A stretch of DNA of 42,735 nucleotides from a virus, in the IMG/VR virus record IMGVR_UViG_3300045988_164138, positions 1 through 42,735 of that record; one strand, given 5' to 3'. The notes under the pieces were generated by a model. It worked only from the letters and a program-made list of their open reading frames with translations. It made no database searches and had not been told where the DNA came from. Every line of letters begins with the position of its first letter. The stretch's first letter is position 1. Both the position numbers and the translations under genes were made by a program. Shown in pieces: positions 8,844 to 16,563 of the stretch.

Positions 8844-9325
8844 TGCAGCGTGTGATGGCTGTTGACCCCGGCAAGTCAACAGGAATCGTCGTCGGAGAAT
8901 TCTATGACGATCGCGAATTCTCAATCATTCATGTTCAGCAATTCAAGTATGAGCATTGGACGGCTAGTGTCTACGATATTCTGGCTACACGAAATGAATT
9001 CGCCCCAGACATTGTCGTGTGCGAACAGTTCGATCTTCGACCGGGCAACAATTTTCTCGCAGACCTCACCCCAGTGAAAATCAACTCGGTACTGGAATGG
9101 GAGATCGGGGGCATCGTCTGGCAGACACCCGCAATGGCAAAAACCACCATGCCCGACCGTGTTTTGAAGTCTCTTGGTTTTTGGCCCACTGGGGCTACTG
9201 TGGGCCAGGCGGATGCGGACGACGCGCGTGATGCGGGACGGCATCTTTTCCTGTGGGCAGTCACTAAACGTCACGACAAGGCTGTGATCGCCCGCATCGT
9301 CGGAGACGACGTGGAGCGACGGTGA
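8843..9325 (+). CDS. RuvC-like Holliday junction resolvase
   Basis: MAVDPGKSTG (catalytic D), VCEQFD (E) and DADDARDA near the C-terminus. ATGA overlap with the upstream stop. Confidence 0.75.
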   Translation: MQRVMAVDPGKSTGIVVGEFYDDREFSIIHVQQFKYEHWTASVYDILATRNEFAPDIVVCEQFDLRPGNNFLADLTPVKINSVLEWEIGGIVWQTPAMAKTTMPDRVLKSLGFWPTGATVGQADADDARDAGRHLFLWAVTKRHDKAVIARIVGDDVERR

Positions 9326-9370
9326 ATGTTTCACGTGAAACACGAGGATGCGTGTTTCACGTGAAACATT
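9325..9370. repeat. 46-nt palindromic hairpin carrying two copies of GTTTCACGTGAAAC
   Basis: aatgtttcacgtgaaacacg aggatg cgtgtttcacgtgaaacatt forms 20-bp arms. Each arm contains the 14-bp self-palindrome (9328-9341 and 9354-9367). It starts at the last base of the RuvC stop codon. Confidence 0.85.
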
Positions 9371-9408
9371 ACTGCCCCCTACCAGACAAACGGTAGGGGG
9401 CAGTAATG
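9367..9408. terminator. bidirectional terminator hairpin at a convergent junction
   Basis: cattactgccccctacc agacaaac ggtagggggcagtaatg (17-bp stem) followed by tttt. It lies between plus gene end 9325 and minus gene end 9427. Confidence 0.7.
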
Positions 9409-9426
9409 TTTTACGAGCGGCAGAGG

Positions 9427-9663
9427 TCAGGCGACCTTGTCATCGTTGGCGGCCTCACCCTCACCGGCGGCGTGACGGCCAGCGGCCGCGCCGGGGCGAG
9501 TGTGATACGTAGCCAGCGCCAGAGTCAGAGCACCAACAATCTGGGTAACAGCATCGGCATACTGAGACGCCTGATCCGCGGAAATAACATTGAAAGCAGC
9601 GAAAACACCGAGAACGGCGGTGAGCAGAGCGTACAGGGCCTTGCGGACCTCGGGAGTAAACAT
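9427..9663 (-). CDS. putative holin (78 aa, two hydrophobic helices)
   Basis: ALYALLTAVLGVFAAF and IVGALTLALATY segments with a charged C-terminal tail. RBS gaggtga. Last gene of the lysis cassette. Confidence 0.5.
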   Translation of the reverse strand: MFTPEVRKALYALLTAVLGVFAAFNVISADQASQYADAVTQIVGALTLALATYHTRPGAAAGRHAAGEGEAANDDKVA

Positions 9664-9672
9664 GTTTATGAA

Positions 9673-10044
9673 TCACCTCATAGATTCCGGAATTTGAGGC
9701 TCAGTAGGGATTGAGTCCTCTTTATCAGATGGTATCAGAATTTTCAGGGACCGGCCCCAATCGAGAACAGTGTGTGCGAACGAGACGGCTTCCCACCACT
9801 TCACTTCAGCTCGACGGCGGCCGTCTTCCGCTAGGTCTGCGGCTCTTTCGGCTGCCGCAAGACTGGCCTCCAGAGCAGTCACTCTCTCGGAAAGAGACCG
9901 GACGGTAATGTCTAGGATTGAGATCTGTTCCTGATCGCGAGCATTCTTGCGCTGCGTTACGTTTGAGAATATTGTGCCGATGAGGGCAGCCAAAGCTACT
10001 AGGGTGGCGTCCGAGAGAACATCGTTCAGGAAAGTGGCAACCAT
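9673..10044 (-). CDS. membrane-anchored coiled-coil protein (lysis-associated candidate)
   Basis: Start MVATF at 10044 is preceded by aaagagga. N-terminal TM segment ATLVALAALIGTIF, then a heptad-like segment. The longer track ORF runs into the upstream hairpin. Confidence 0.45.
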   Translation of the reverse strand: MVATFLNDVLSDATLVALAALIGTIFSNVTQRKNARDQEQISILDITVRSLSERVTALEASLAAAERAADLAEDGRRRAEVKWWEAVSFAHTVLDWGRSLKILIPSDKEDSIPTEPQIPESMR

Positions 10045-10096
10045 ATATCTAATGTCCTCTTTGTCGCATTGTTTTGGCAGGGCTGCAATAGGAATT

Positions 10097-10148
10097 ATAT
10101 AACATTCCCCGCCTAACAATCGTCGTTGCTAGGCGGGGAATGTTATAT
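10097..10148. terminator. 18-bp hairpin between lysis-cassette genes
   Basis: atataacattccccgcct (16-nt loop) aggcggggaatgttatat. It shares the aacattcccc stem base with the hairpin at 16521. Confidence 0.55.
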
Positions 10149-10153
10149 TTTAG

Positions 10154-10384
10154 TTACTTTCTATGGAAGCCCGGATGGTAGCCGACAGTCCGCATGAACC
10201 GGACAGTGCGCACGCCGGCCCAAAGAATAATCGCACCAACACACCACAAAGAATCACGAGTCACATTCATGGCTCCATTGGTGTAATCTTCGTACACCAT
10301 GAGCGCGGCGTTTGCTGTCACCATGACGGCCGCAAAAATGGTAGCGACATAAAGCGATTTAGTCACCCTAATTTTCACTTTCAT
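10154..10384 (-). CDS. small membrane protein (second holin-like candidate)
   Basis: 76 aa with two hydrophobic segments (YVATIFAAVMVTANAALMVY, LWCVGAIILWAGV). No clear SD sequence. Confidence 0.4.
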   Translation of the reverse strand: MKVKIRVTKSLYVATIFAAVMVTANAALMVYEDYTNGAMNVTRDSLWCVGAIILWAGVRTVRFMRTVGYHPGFHRK

Positions 10385-10440
10385 TAGATGGATTGTACAC
10401 TATCGCCCTCATGCCTATTCCTAGAGCATGTCGGGTTAAT

Positions 10441-10544
10441 GCGTGTAGGAAAACATGAGGGCGATAGCATTCTCTTATTGCACCGTCGGAACGCGTAGGA
10501 AAATATTCGTGTATTAACCTTATTAGCGGTACGCAGGAAAGTAT
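10441..10544 (-). repeat. three direct repeats, CG(T/C)(G)TAGGAAA(A/G)(C/T)AT, in the leader of the holin genes
   Basis: gcgtgtaggaaaacat (10441-10456), acgcgtaggaaaatat (10491-10506), tacgcaggaaagtat (10530-10544). A 14-bp inverted repeat is also present: ctatcgccctcatg (10400-10413) / catgagggcgatag (10454-10467). Confidence 0.6.
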
Positions 10545-10548
10545 AGCA
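10540..10548 (-). promoter_or_regulatory. putative extended -10 (TGcTATACT) for the holin-side transcript
   Basis: The minus strand reads tgctatact directly after the terminator T-tract. No convincing -35 element. Confidence 0.3.
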
Positions 10549-10558
10549 CACAACAAAA

Positions 10559-10601
10559 GCAAGTCTCCAGACGGTCAATGAAAGATCGTCTGGAGACTTG
10601 C
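10559..10601 (-). terminator. intrinsic terminator downstream of the endolysin gene
   Basis: gcaagtctccagacg / cgtctggagacttgc (15-bp stem), followed on the minus strand by ttttgtt. Confidence 0.7.
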
Positions 10602-10663
10602 TCTACCACTGTCACAGGAGGTCACGGAGAGGGAAGAGAGTGAAGCTCCCCGCATGTCTTACC

Positions 10664-10710
10664 CATCATGACACGACACTCAGTATAATGCTGAGTGTCG
10701 TGTCATGATG
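10664..10710 (-). terminator. perfect 20-bp hairpin 19 nt after the endolysin stop
   Basis: catcatgacacgacactcag tataatg ctgagtgtcgtgtcatgatg. Confidence 0.65.
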
Positions 10711-10728
10711 GAACACCAACATGTCGCG

Positions 10729-12237
10729 TCAGGAATTCTGCTCCGGAGCCGGAGCAGGGGCAGGAGACTCCGGAGTCGGAGACTCTGCGACACCATCATG
10801 CGCCTGCAAAGATGACGGCGTCGACACGGCCTTACGAATCTCGTTCACAGCACCATAAATCGCACCAGCCTCACGAACATTCTCCTGACCCGGAGTCACA
10901 GAATGAAGAATCTGATCCACAGACGCGTGAATAGACTTGACCTCCTCGTAGGTGGCCTTAGCATACCAATTCATGTCGCCCGCAAAGTGATCCCCCGCCT
11001 TTCCACTACGGAAAAGATCGCGAATCTCCCTAAGCAGATCAACACCCTCACTCATATCCCAAAATTCCTCTCCGGCGCCCCCAGAAGGACGACCATAATC
11101 ATACCAAGACTTGCAACGATTACTGAAAAGAATCCCATAAGACTCATACGCACCGTATGGGGTTCCTGAATTATACCGCGACCCGACACGCTTCAAGGCC
11201 TCATAAGAATCGCCTTCAGCGTTGATAAGATCACGAAGAATACGGCAGCCGACTTCAGCTGACTTCTCCGGCATCCACCATTCACGATCCGGGTCATCCA
11301 AGAAATAACCCGGATACGTAATCTGCAACGGCCCTACACCGTTTGAAGTTTCGCCATCTCGAAGCGCCGCCAAGAATTCGCGGAAATTCTCCTCGGTCAC
11401 TTCCTCTCCGTGCGGACCGGCACCCCCGGCGTCGTGCCCGTAAATGTTCGCGCCGCGCTCGCCGGTCTCCATCCACAGGCACGCCAGGGCGGCCCACCAC
11501 GGACAATTCTCCGCGTCGGCGGCCCTGAGGACAGCCTCTTGAATTGAAGAAAGGCGGTACGAGCCGGCGGACTCGTGCCCGTTATCAGCATCGGTTCGTT
11601 TTCCGAAACGGATACATGTTGACCATGAGGCTGCGACGGTCATTGGATGACTACTGTACCGGACTACGTGCGTTTCGTAGCCGGTCTGGTCCCCCATCTG
11701 ACCTTCCGAGATTTCACCATTCTCATTAATCCACGCTTCAGCGAGAAGCGGGTCGCCTGCGTTGAATGAACCGTCGTCTTCGCGCACGCACATTGCGACA
11801 TGGCCGCCGTCTCCGGTGGTTTTCAGGACGAGGTCGCCGACATGGAATCCGCCCGACGGCGTGGACCCGTACCAGGTGTCCCCAATATCCATGAAACCGC
11901 GATTTGCGGCCAAGGAATTCAGGGTTTCGGTCCAGGTTTCGCCGGTTCGCGGGAACATGATCGGATCATCCCAACCGGTTCCCCAAACATTGTGGAATGC
12001 AACATTGTAGGCGCCTGCTACGCCGCTACTGCAATCCATGTCACCGGGGCCCGTTTTCCAGCCGGCATCATTGCTATTCCAGTAACAGGTCCACCGGTTA
12101 TCCTGGGCGTAACCGGTGCCCCCGTAGTCGCCTGTGGTGCACCAATATTTCATTTCCGACGCAGCATATTCTGTGACGGAATCTGCCAATTTTGCACCGC
12201 CTTTCGTAAAGGTTTTCGGTGGTCTTAATTTTATCAT
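10729..12237 (-). CDS. multidomain endolysin: N-terminal Cys-His peptidase (NlpC/P60- or CHAP-like), central lytic transglycosylase/lysozyme-like domain, C-terminal domain
   Basis: DCSSGVAGAY ... GDGGHVAMCV (Cys/His pair). WMETGERG ... GVGPLQITYPGYF (SLT-like E and GLMQ-like motifs). Start chosen at MIKLRPP (12237); the track ORF extends to 12294. Confidence 0.8.
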   Translation of the reverse strand: MIKLRPPKTFTKGGAKLADSVTEYAASEMKYWCTTGDYGGTGYAQDNRWTCYWNSNDAGWKTGPGDMDCSSGVAGAYNVAFHNVWGTGWDDPIMFPRTGETWTETLNSLAANRGFMDIGDTWYGSTPSGGFHVGDLVLKTTGDGGHVAMCVREDDGSFNAGDPLLAEAWINENGEISEGQMGDQTGYETHVVRYSSHPMTVAASWSTCIRFGKRTDADNGHESAGSYRLSSIQEAVLRAADAENCPWWAALACLWMETGERGANIYGHDAGGAGPHGEEVTEENFREFLAALRDGETSNGVGPLQITYPGYFLDDPDREWWMPEKSAEVGCRILRDLINAEGDSYEALKRVGSRYNSGTPYGAYESYGILFSNRCKSWYDYGRPSGGAGEEFWDMSEGVDLLREIRDLFRSGKAGDHFAGDMNWYAKATYEEVKSIHASVDQILHSVTPGQENVREAGAIYGAVNEIRKAVSTPSSLQAHDGVAESPTPESPAPAPAPEQNS

Positions 12238-12355
12238 GAGCACCTGGGGGGTCTTTGGCGCATATAGGTACGTGCGTGCGCGTATACCACACACGCCCAG
12301 TGTCTGTCAATACCTAACACAACATTGGTTTTGTGAGATGGGGCACCACCCATGT

Positions 12356-12389
12356 GGGTTGACCCATGGTGCACGAGAGAGCATGATTA
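12356..12389 (+). promoter_or_regulatory. putative promoter of the plus-strand accessory island (GGGTTGACC motif)
   Basis: tgtgggttgacccatggtgcacg closely matches 2794-2817 (gttgggttgaccatgggatgcacg). The -10 element is unclear (atgatt/tgatta). Confidence 0.3.
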
Positions 12390-12442
12390 AGACATCGGCA
12401 GGGAGGACAAGCCACCCAGCCAGAGATAGAGAGGACAAGACA

Positions 12443-12739
12443 ATGACCACCACCGTTGAGAGCATCGCCACTGACAAGGATATCGCCTACACCGTCGGCA
12501 CCGCTGCCAATGCTTGGGGCGACACGGACTACTGGGCGGATGAGACTGGCGAGATCATCGGCCTCATGCGACGCACCACCGATGGTGGGCAGGCGCTCGG
12601 ACTCCACGTGTGCGAGGACGTCGTCTCCTGGGCACTCTGGCAGTACGATGCTGACGGATTCACTATCGTCCACGAAGGACTCTCCGCCTTGACTGACGAG
12701 ACCATCGCCTACCTGGCCGATTGGTGGCTGGAGAACTGA
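12443..12739 (+). CDS. small, highly acidic hypothetical protein (98 aa)
   Basis: ATG 12443 follows agagatagagaggacaagaca. About 19 D/E against 3 K/R by eye. Confidence 0.6.
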   Translation: MTTTVESIATDKDIAYTVGTAANAWGDTDYWADETGEIIGLMRRTTDGGQALGLHVCEDVVSWALWQYDADGFTIVHEGLSALTDETIAYLADWWLEN

Positions 12740-12751
12740 CGCACACATAAC

Positions 12752-12785
12752 GGTGGTGGCCCATTATGAACGACGGGCCACCACC
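12752..12785 (+). terminator. 11-bp GC-rich hairpin
   Basis: ggtggtggccc (12-nt loop) gggccaccacc. Confidence 0.45.
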
Positions 12786-12829
12786 CACCCACCACCATCA
12801 CACACACATATTTTGAGAAGAGGATCATC

Positions 12830-13225
12830 ATGGCACGCCGTCGCACCGGATACGGATCATGCAAGACCACTGGAGGCGCCGTTTTCACCAACCTGAAGGG
12901 CACCAAGATTCACTTCCCCGCAAAAGGATACGAGAAAGGCGAGAGCGAATTCCGAGGCATCCCGGTCGAGCGAGTGACCGCCGTCGCAATTCTCACCGGC
13001 GCCGACCTCGTACAGGCCATTCCCGTTCAGCGGCCCGCCCTCGTCGGGAACGTTCGCAATGTTTTCATCCCCGAACACGCCCACGATTCCTTCCTTGTGA
13101 TCTGCACTGAAGGGAACGTCTACCGAGTTTTCGATATCAGCGAGGAAGAATTCGGGAACGCGCGCAACTTGATCAATGATTTGCGTGGGCTTCTCGGTGA
13201 CGGAATTGAGTGGGTCAAATCATGA
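12830..13225 (+). CDS. hypothetical protein (131 aa)
   Basis: ATG follows gagaagaggatcatc. No motif recognised. Confidence 0.6.
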   Translation: MARRRTGYGSCKTTGGAVFTNLKGTKIHFPAKGYEKGESEFRGIPVERVTAVAILTGADLVQAIPVQRPALVGNVRNVFIPEHAHDSFLVICTEGNVYRVFDISEEEFGNARNLINDLRGLLGDGIEWVKS

Positions 13226-13410
13226 AATACCCGACAATCCGCCGCATGGACGGACGCGAGGACGAGGTTCGTCGCAAGACGATCGAGTTTCAGGAGCACA
13301 AGAGGAATCGAGCGAAGAGAATCAAGAGCACACGTCACACTAAGCGCACAAACTTCAACTACAGTGACGGTTGGACCAACCGTCTCATGGCAGAACTGAA
13401 CGGAAAGTGA
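13222..13410 (+). CDS. small, highly basic hypothetical protein (62 aa)
   Basis: ATGA overlap with the upstream stop. R/K-rich sequence (RRKTIEFQEHKRNRAKRIKSTRHTKR). Confidence 0.5.
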   Translation: MKYPTIRRMDGREDEVRRKTIEFQEHKRNRAKRIKSTRHTKRTNFNYSDGWTNRLMAELNGK

Positions 13411-13422
13411 GGAACAACTATT

Positions 13423-13764
13423 ATGTCTACTTTTTCGAGTGCCCCGTCGGCTCCTACCCCCGCACCACCGCCACCGCCGCCACCGCCGTCGGCGACTAAT
13501 GCGCCCGCACCTCCGCCTCCTCCGCCTCGGCCTGCCCCGGCGCCGCCCGCATTGTCTGTGCCGCTCAGTGTGATGGCGCCCCCGCGTCCTACGAATCGTT
13601 TCGTGGCATGGCTTCGTAGGCCGAGGTCCACGGGCGAGGGTATGGCAATGGGTGCAGTCGCCCTCGTCGTTGGTGTTATCGGACTGTCTCTTGTGTGGCG
13701 TGCTTTTTGGTGGCTTCAGGTGTTTTTCGCTTACTTTGCCACGGTCGGCACTCTCGGTAACTGA
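13423..13764 (+). CDS. proline-rich membrane protein
   Basis: The N-terminal half is poly-Pro/Ala (PAPPPPPPPPSATNAPAPPPPPPRPAPAPP). The C-terminus has two hydrophobic helices (AMGAVALVVGVIGLSLVW, VFFAYFATVGTL). RBS gaggaa. Confidence 0.6.
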   Translation: MSTFSSAPSAPTPAPPPPPPPPSATNAPAPPPPPPRPAPAPPALSVPLSVMAPPRPTNRFVAWLRRPRSTGEGMAMGAVALVVGVIGLSLVWRAFWWLQVFFAYFATVGTLGN

Positions 13765-13781
13765 AATAGCGAGAAACAGCT

Positions 13782-14813
13782 ATGGACGTGGTGTTTTTGA
13801 AGCCGGTTTGGCTGTACTTGCCGGACGGCAGTAAAGAGAGAATCATGGCACAAACCGGCGACGACAAGGGGATTGGTTTCGATTCTATTTATGGCGGTGT
13901 AGAGAGAAGACACTATTTCAAATACGACGAGTATTCGATCACCCAGACGGAGAGAGGAGATTATGTGGTGTCACCTGTAGATGATGGGGGTGAGAAGATT
14001 TTCTACCCGAATGGCGTGTATGAGTATGTTTCAAAGGTAGTGCAGCATGATGGGTTCTGGGAGGTGCACGTCCGCCGCTACCATACTAGTGAATGGCGGA
14101 TAGAATGCTGGAGTCGCCGTTGCGTCTCTTTGGAGCACAAACACGACGGTTGGTATCGGCGGCGAATCGTAGGGTATCAGATTGATCCTGGCTATGAGTT
14201 GAAATTCACGGACGTGCCGACTCGCTTTCATGTCTCCGACGATTATGATGCGCCCGTTAAGAAGGTTTGTCGGTATTTCACTGGCGAATGGTGCATTTGG
14301 TATGAGAACGAAGAGGGTGGGGAAGCGTTTCTCATGTTCGACGAGCAGCGTTATGAGTTGACTCTTTGCGATAACATTCTCTATATCACAGAGAAGAATG
14401 ATGACATTTTCTATGACACAGAAAAGAATAGAGGGTGCGTTGAGGACAATGTACATGAGAATGAGGTAACTCACCCGTCACACTATGTGGCCCTCACCCC
14501 TGAGCCCATCACTTTCATTCGCGACAAAGACTATCTGACCAACAGTGCCCTGAAGTATATTTTCAGGGCTGGCCACAAGAATGGTGCCGACGAGAATGTT
14601 GACATGGGAAAGGCGGCATGGTATCTGCGTGAACTCGTCGCCGAGCAGGGAGACCAGACGGTGATCGCAATTCTGCGAAACGTCTACTGGGACACTATCA
14701 ATAGACAGCTCGCGCCAAAGGATCGCGCCAGGGAGGTTCGAGACCGGCTCACAGAATTCATGTCCGTCATTTCATATGATCACCTTAATAACTATATTCC
14801 AGAAGATAAGTGA
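13782..14813 (+). CDS. hypothetical protein with a C-terminal DUF3310 (SaV-like) domain
   Basis: HPSHY...PEPITFIRDKDYLTNSALKYIFRAGHKNG...DMGKAAWYLRELV matches the DUF3310 pattern as I recall it. The roughly 225-aa N-terminal region is unrecognised and the start is uncertain (13782 or ATG 13845). Confidence 0.55.
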   Translation: MDVVFLKPVWLYLPDGSKERIMAQTGDDKGIGFDSIYGGVERRHYFKYDEYSITQTERGDYVVSPVDDGGEKIFYPNGVYEYVSKVVQHDGFWEVHVRRYHTSEWRIECWSRRCVSLEHKHDGWYRRRIVGYQIDPGYELKFTDVPTRFHVSDDYDAPVKKVCRYFTGEWCIWYENEEGGEAFLMFDEQRYELTLCDNILYITEKNDDIFYDTEKNRGCVEDNVHENEVTHPSHYVALTPEPITFIRDKDYLTNSALKYIFRAGHKNGADENVDMGKAAWYLRELVAEQGDQTVIAILRNVYWDTINRQLAPKDRAREVRDRLTEFMSVISYDHLNNYIPEDK

Positions 14814-15304
14814 GCGTTATGGAAAATATTATCAACATTGTTTGCGTTGATTTGATGAAATGCGGCGATCAGTGGAATGCAGTTGCGTTTATGCACGCCA
14901 CCGACTGCAACTTCACTATCGGGAATTATTCCACCGATCCGTCCACTGCGATCCGCGAGCTTATGCGTACCGTGCAGCATATTCAAGTAGTAACGCTTGT
15001 TTTGCGTTCGTGGCGGGAAGGAGGAATCACTTTTACTAGGTGCACATATGCGAGTGAGATAGGCAAATATGTGCTCACTTACAGTGACTCATCGGACGAT
15101 GATGCGTACGTCTGTGCAATCATGTTGTCGGAACACGATGAAGACACGGTAGAAATCCTCCCGGGAGAGAAGCCTGCCCTTGCTCTCGAAGCTGAAGCAA
15201 TTTTGCGTGATAAAGGTTACGCGGTCCATGTGGTCGAGGAAACGAAAGGCAGGAGCTGCCAGAATGGCTACACTGAGCGATTTCACTCTCCGACGCAGAA
15301 TTGA
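14810..15304 (+). CDS. hypothetical protein
   Basis: GTG 14810 overlaps the upstream stop; an alternative start is ATG 14819. Confidence 0.5.
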   Translation: MSVMENIINIVCVDLMKCGDQWNAVAFMHATDCNFTIGNYSTDPSTAIRELMRTVQHIQVVTLVLRSWREGGITFTRCTYASEIGKYVLTYSDSSDDDAYVCAIMLSEHDEDTVEILPGEKPALALEAEAILRDKGYAVHVVEETKGRSCQNGYTERFHSPTQN

Positions 15305-15782
15305 TTGGGGTGAACTCATCTCCGACTGGCGCAAACCGTTGTCTATTCAGCCTGCGTCGGTAGAAGTGCGGTTGGACGAAAACATTATTACCTACCGTCA
15401 TGGCGACGAAAACATCACCATCGGTGAGAACGGTTACGAGCTGCTGCCGGGTGAATTCATTCTCGCGTCCACCCAGGAGAAAGTCAGTGTGCCCGCCGAC
15501 CTAGTGGCCAGGGTGGAAGGCAAGTCGTCGTGGGCGCGCCGCGGAATCCTCGTCCACGTGTCCGCGGGATACATTGACCCAGGATTCCAGGGAAACGTGA
15601 CCCTGGAAATCGCTAACCTGCATTCTGCTAAATCTGCCATTCTTCACCCTGGGGATAGGATTGCTCAGATTGCTTTCGAGGACTTGGACAGGCCCGCCAG
15701 CATGCCGTACGGCACCAATGGTCTCGGGTCGCATTATCAGGGGCAGACTGGTGTTACACCATCGGCCATGGGGGTAGAATAA
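15264..15782 (+). CDS. dcd: dCTP deaminase (Dcd/dUTPase superfamily)
   Basis: LPGEFILASTQEKVSVP, VEGKSSWARRGILVH, GYIDPGFQGNVTLEIAN and GDRIAQIAFE are hallmark Dcd motifs. ATG 15264 follows aaaggcaggag. Confidence 0.8.
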   Translation: MATLSDFTLRRRIDWGELISDWRKPLSIQPASVEVRLDENIITYRHGDENITIGENGYELLPGEFILASTQEKVSVPADLVARVEGKSSWARRGILVHVSAGYIDPGFQGNVTLEIANLHSAKSAILHPGDRIAQIAFEDLDRPASMPYGTNGLGSHYQGQTGVTPSAMGVE

Positions 15783-16036
15783 TGAGCAAGATCAATCGAC
15801 GCGAAATCGCGTTGGCTATTGTTAGGAAATTGCGGGACATGTTCCCGTCGCTTCGCATTTCCGACCGTGCCGGAGTTATCGTCATCGACTCCTCGGCGGG
15901 GAAGATAGAGGTCACCGATGACGGTGTCGTGGTGACGACGAAGCGAGGCGTGTCAGCGGGGTGGACCCATGAGGAATCCTGTAGTCCAGAACATTCTGCG
16001 ATGCGCTGTGGCCTACTTTTGGGGAGCGTCTCATGA
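15782..16036 (+). CDS. hypothetical protein (84 aa)
   Basis: The start codon overlaps the dcd stop (TAATG). Confidence 0.5.
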   Translation: MSKINRREIALAIVRKLRDMFPSLRISDRAGVIVIDSSAGKIEVTDDGVVVTTKRGVSAGWTHEESCSPEHSAMRCGLLLGSVS

Positions 16037-16500
16037 CAGCAAATGAGTCCATAGCGAAGATCAAGCGCGATATTAGCCTCGCACAGTTGTGGCTTCCGAA
16101 GCCTGACGAGTGTGACATTGACGAAGCGCATATGGTCGCTCATCTGAAGTGGCACAATCAATATAATGGTACTGGAATTGACGTCACTGTAGAAAACGGC
16201 AACGACGACGCTATCAGTAAATGGGTCATCTGGGGCTGGCCACTGAGCGTCGTGGGCGTTTACCATGAAACAAGTGGCGAGAGCACGTCCAATCTTGCGC
16301 GTCATCTAGCACGACAGTGGACTACCGTAGAGTGTGACGCAATCGCCGCCCGTCAAATCCGAGAGATAAATAACACGATTTACTCGATCCTGAACTCGCC
16401 GTCGATCGACGTTCAGGATGATGCGCGTTCCGATCTCATGGGCGTCCTGGACGATATTGCTCGCGAGCACGGAGGAAACTACCAACGCCTGGGACTATAG
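16033..16500 (+). CDS. hypothetical protein (155 aa)
   Basis: ATGA overlap with the upstream gene. Last gene of the island. Confidence 0.55.
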   Translation: MTANESIAKIKRDISLAQLWLPKPDECDIDEAHMVAHLKWHNQYNGTGIDVTVENGNDDAISKWVIWGWPLSVVGVYHETSGESTSNLARHLARQWTTVECDAIAARQIREINNTIYSILNSPSIDVQDDARSDLMGVLDDIAREHGGNYQRLGL

Positions 16501-16520
16501 TCTCTTGCGTTGGGCGCAAA

Positions 16521-16563
16521 AACATTCCCCCTCACCGCGATTTCTGCGGTGAGGGGGAATGTT
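16521..16563. terminator. bidirectional terminator hairpin at the second convergent junction
   Basis: aacattccccctcaccgc gatttct gcggtgagggggaatgtt (18-bp stem). Confidence 0.7.

Noticed and set aside
10368-10578. Two 64-aa minus-strand ORFs in the lysin-holin intergenic leader
   Set aside because: They have no RBS, start inside or next to the terminator hairpin, and cover the direct repeats. The region is treated as regulatory leader.
13359-13631. Gly-rich 90-aa minus-strand ORF
   Set aside because: It is the mirror image of the poly-proline coding tract. The plus-strand ORF has an RBS, operon context and C-terminal TM helices.
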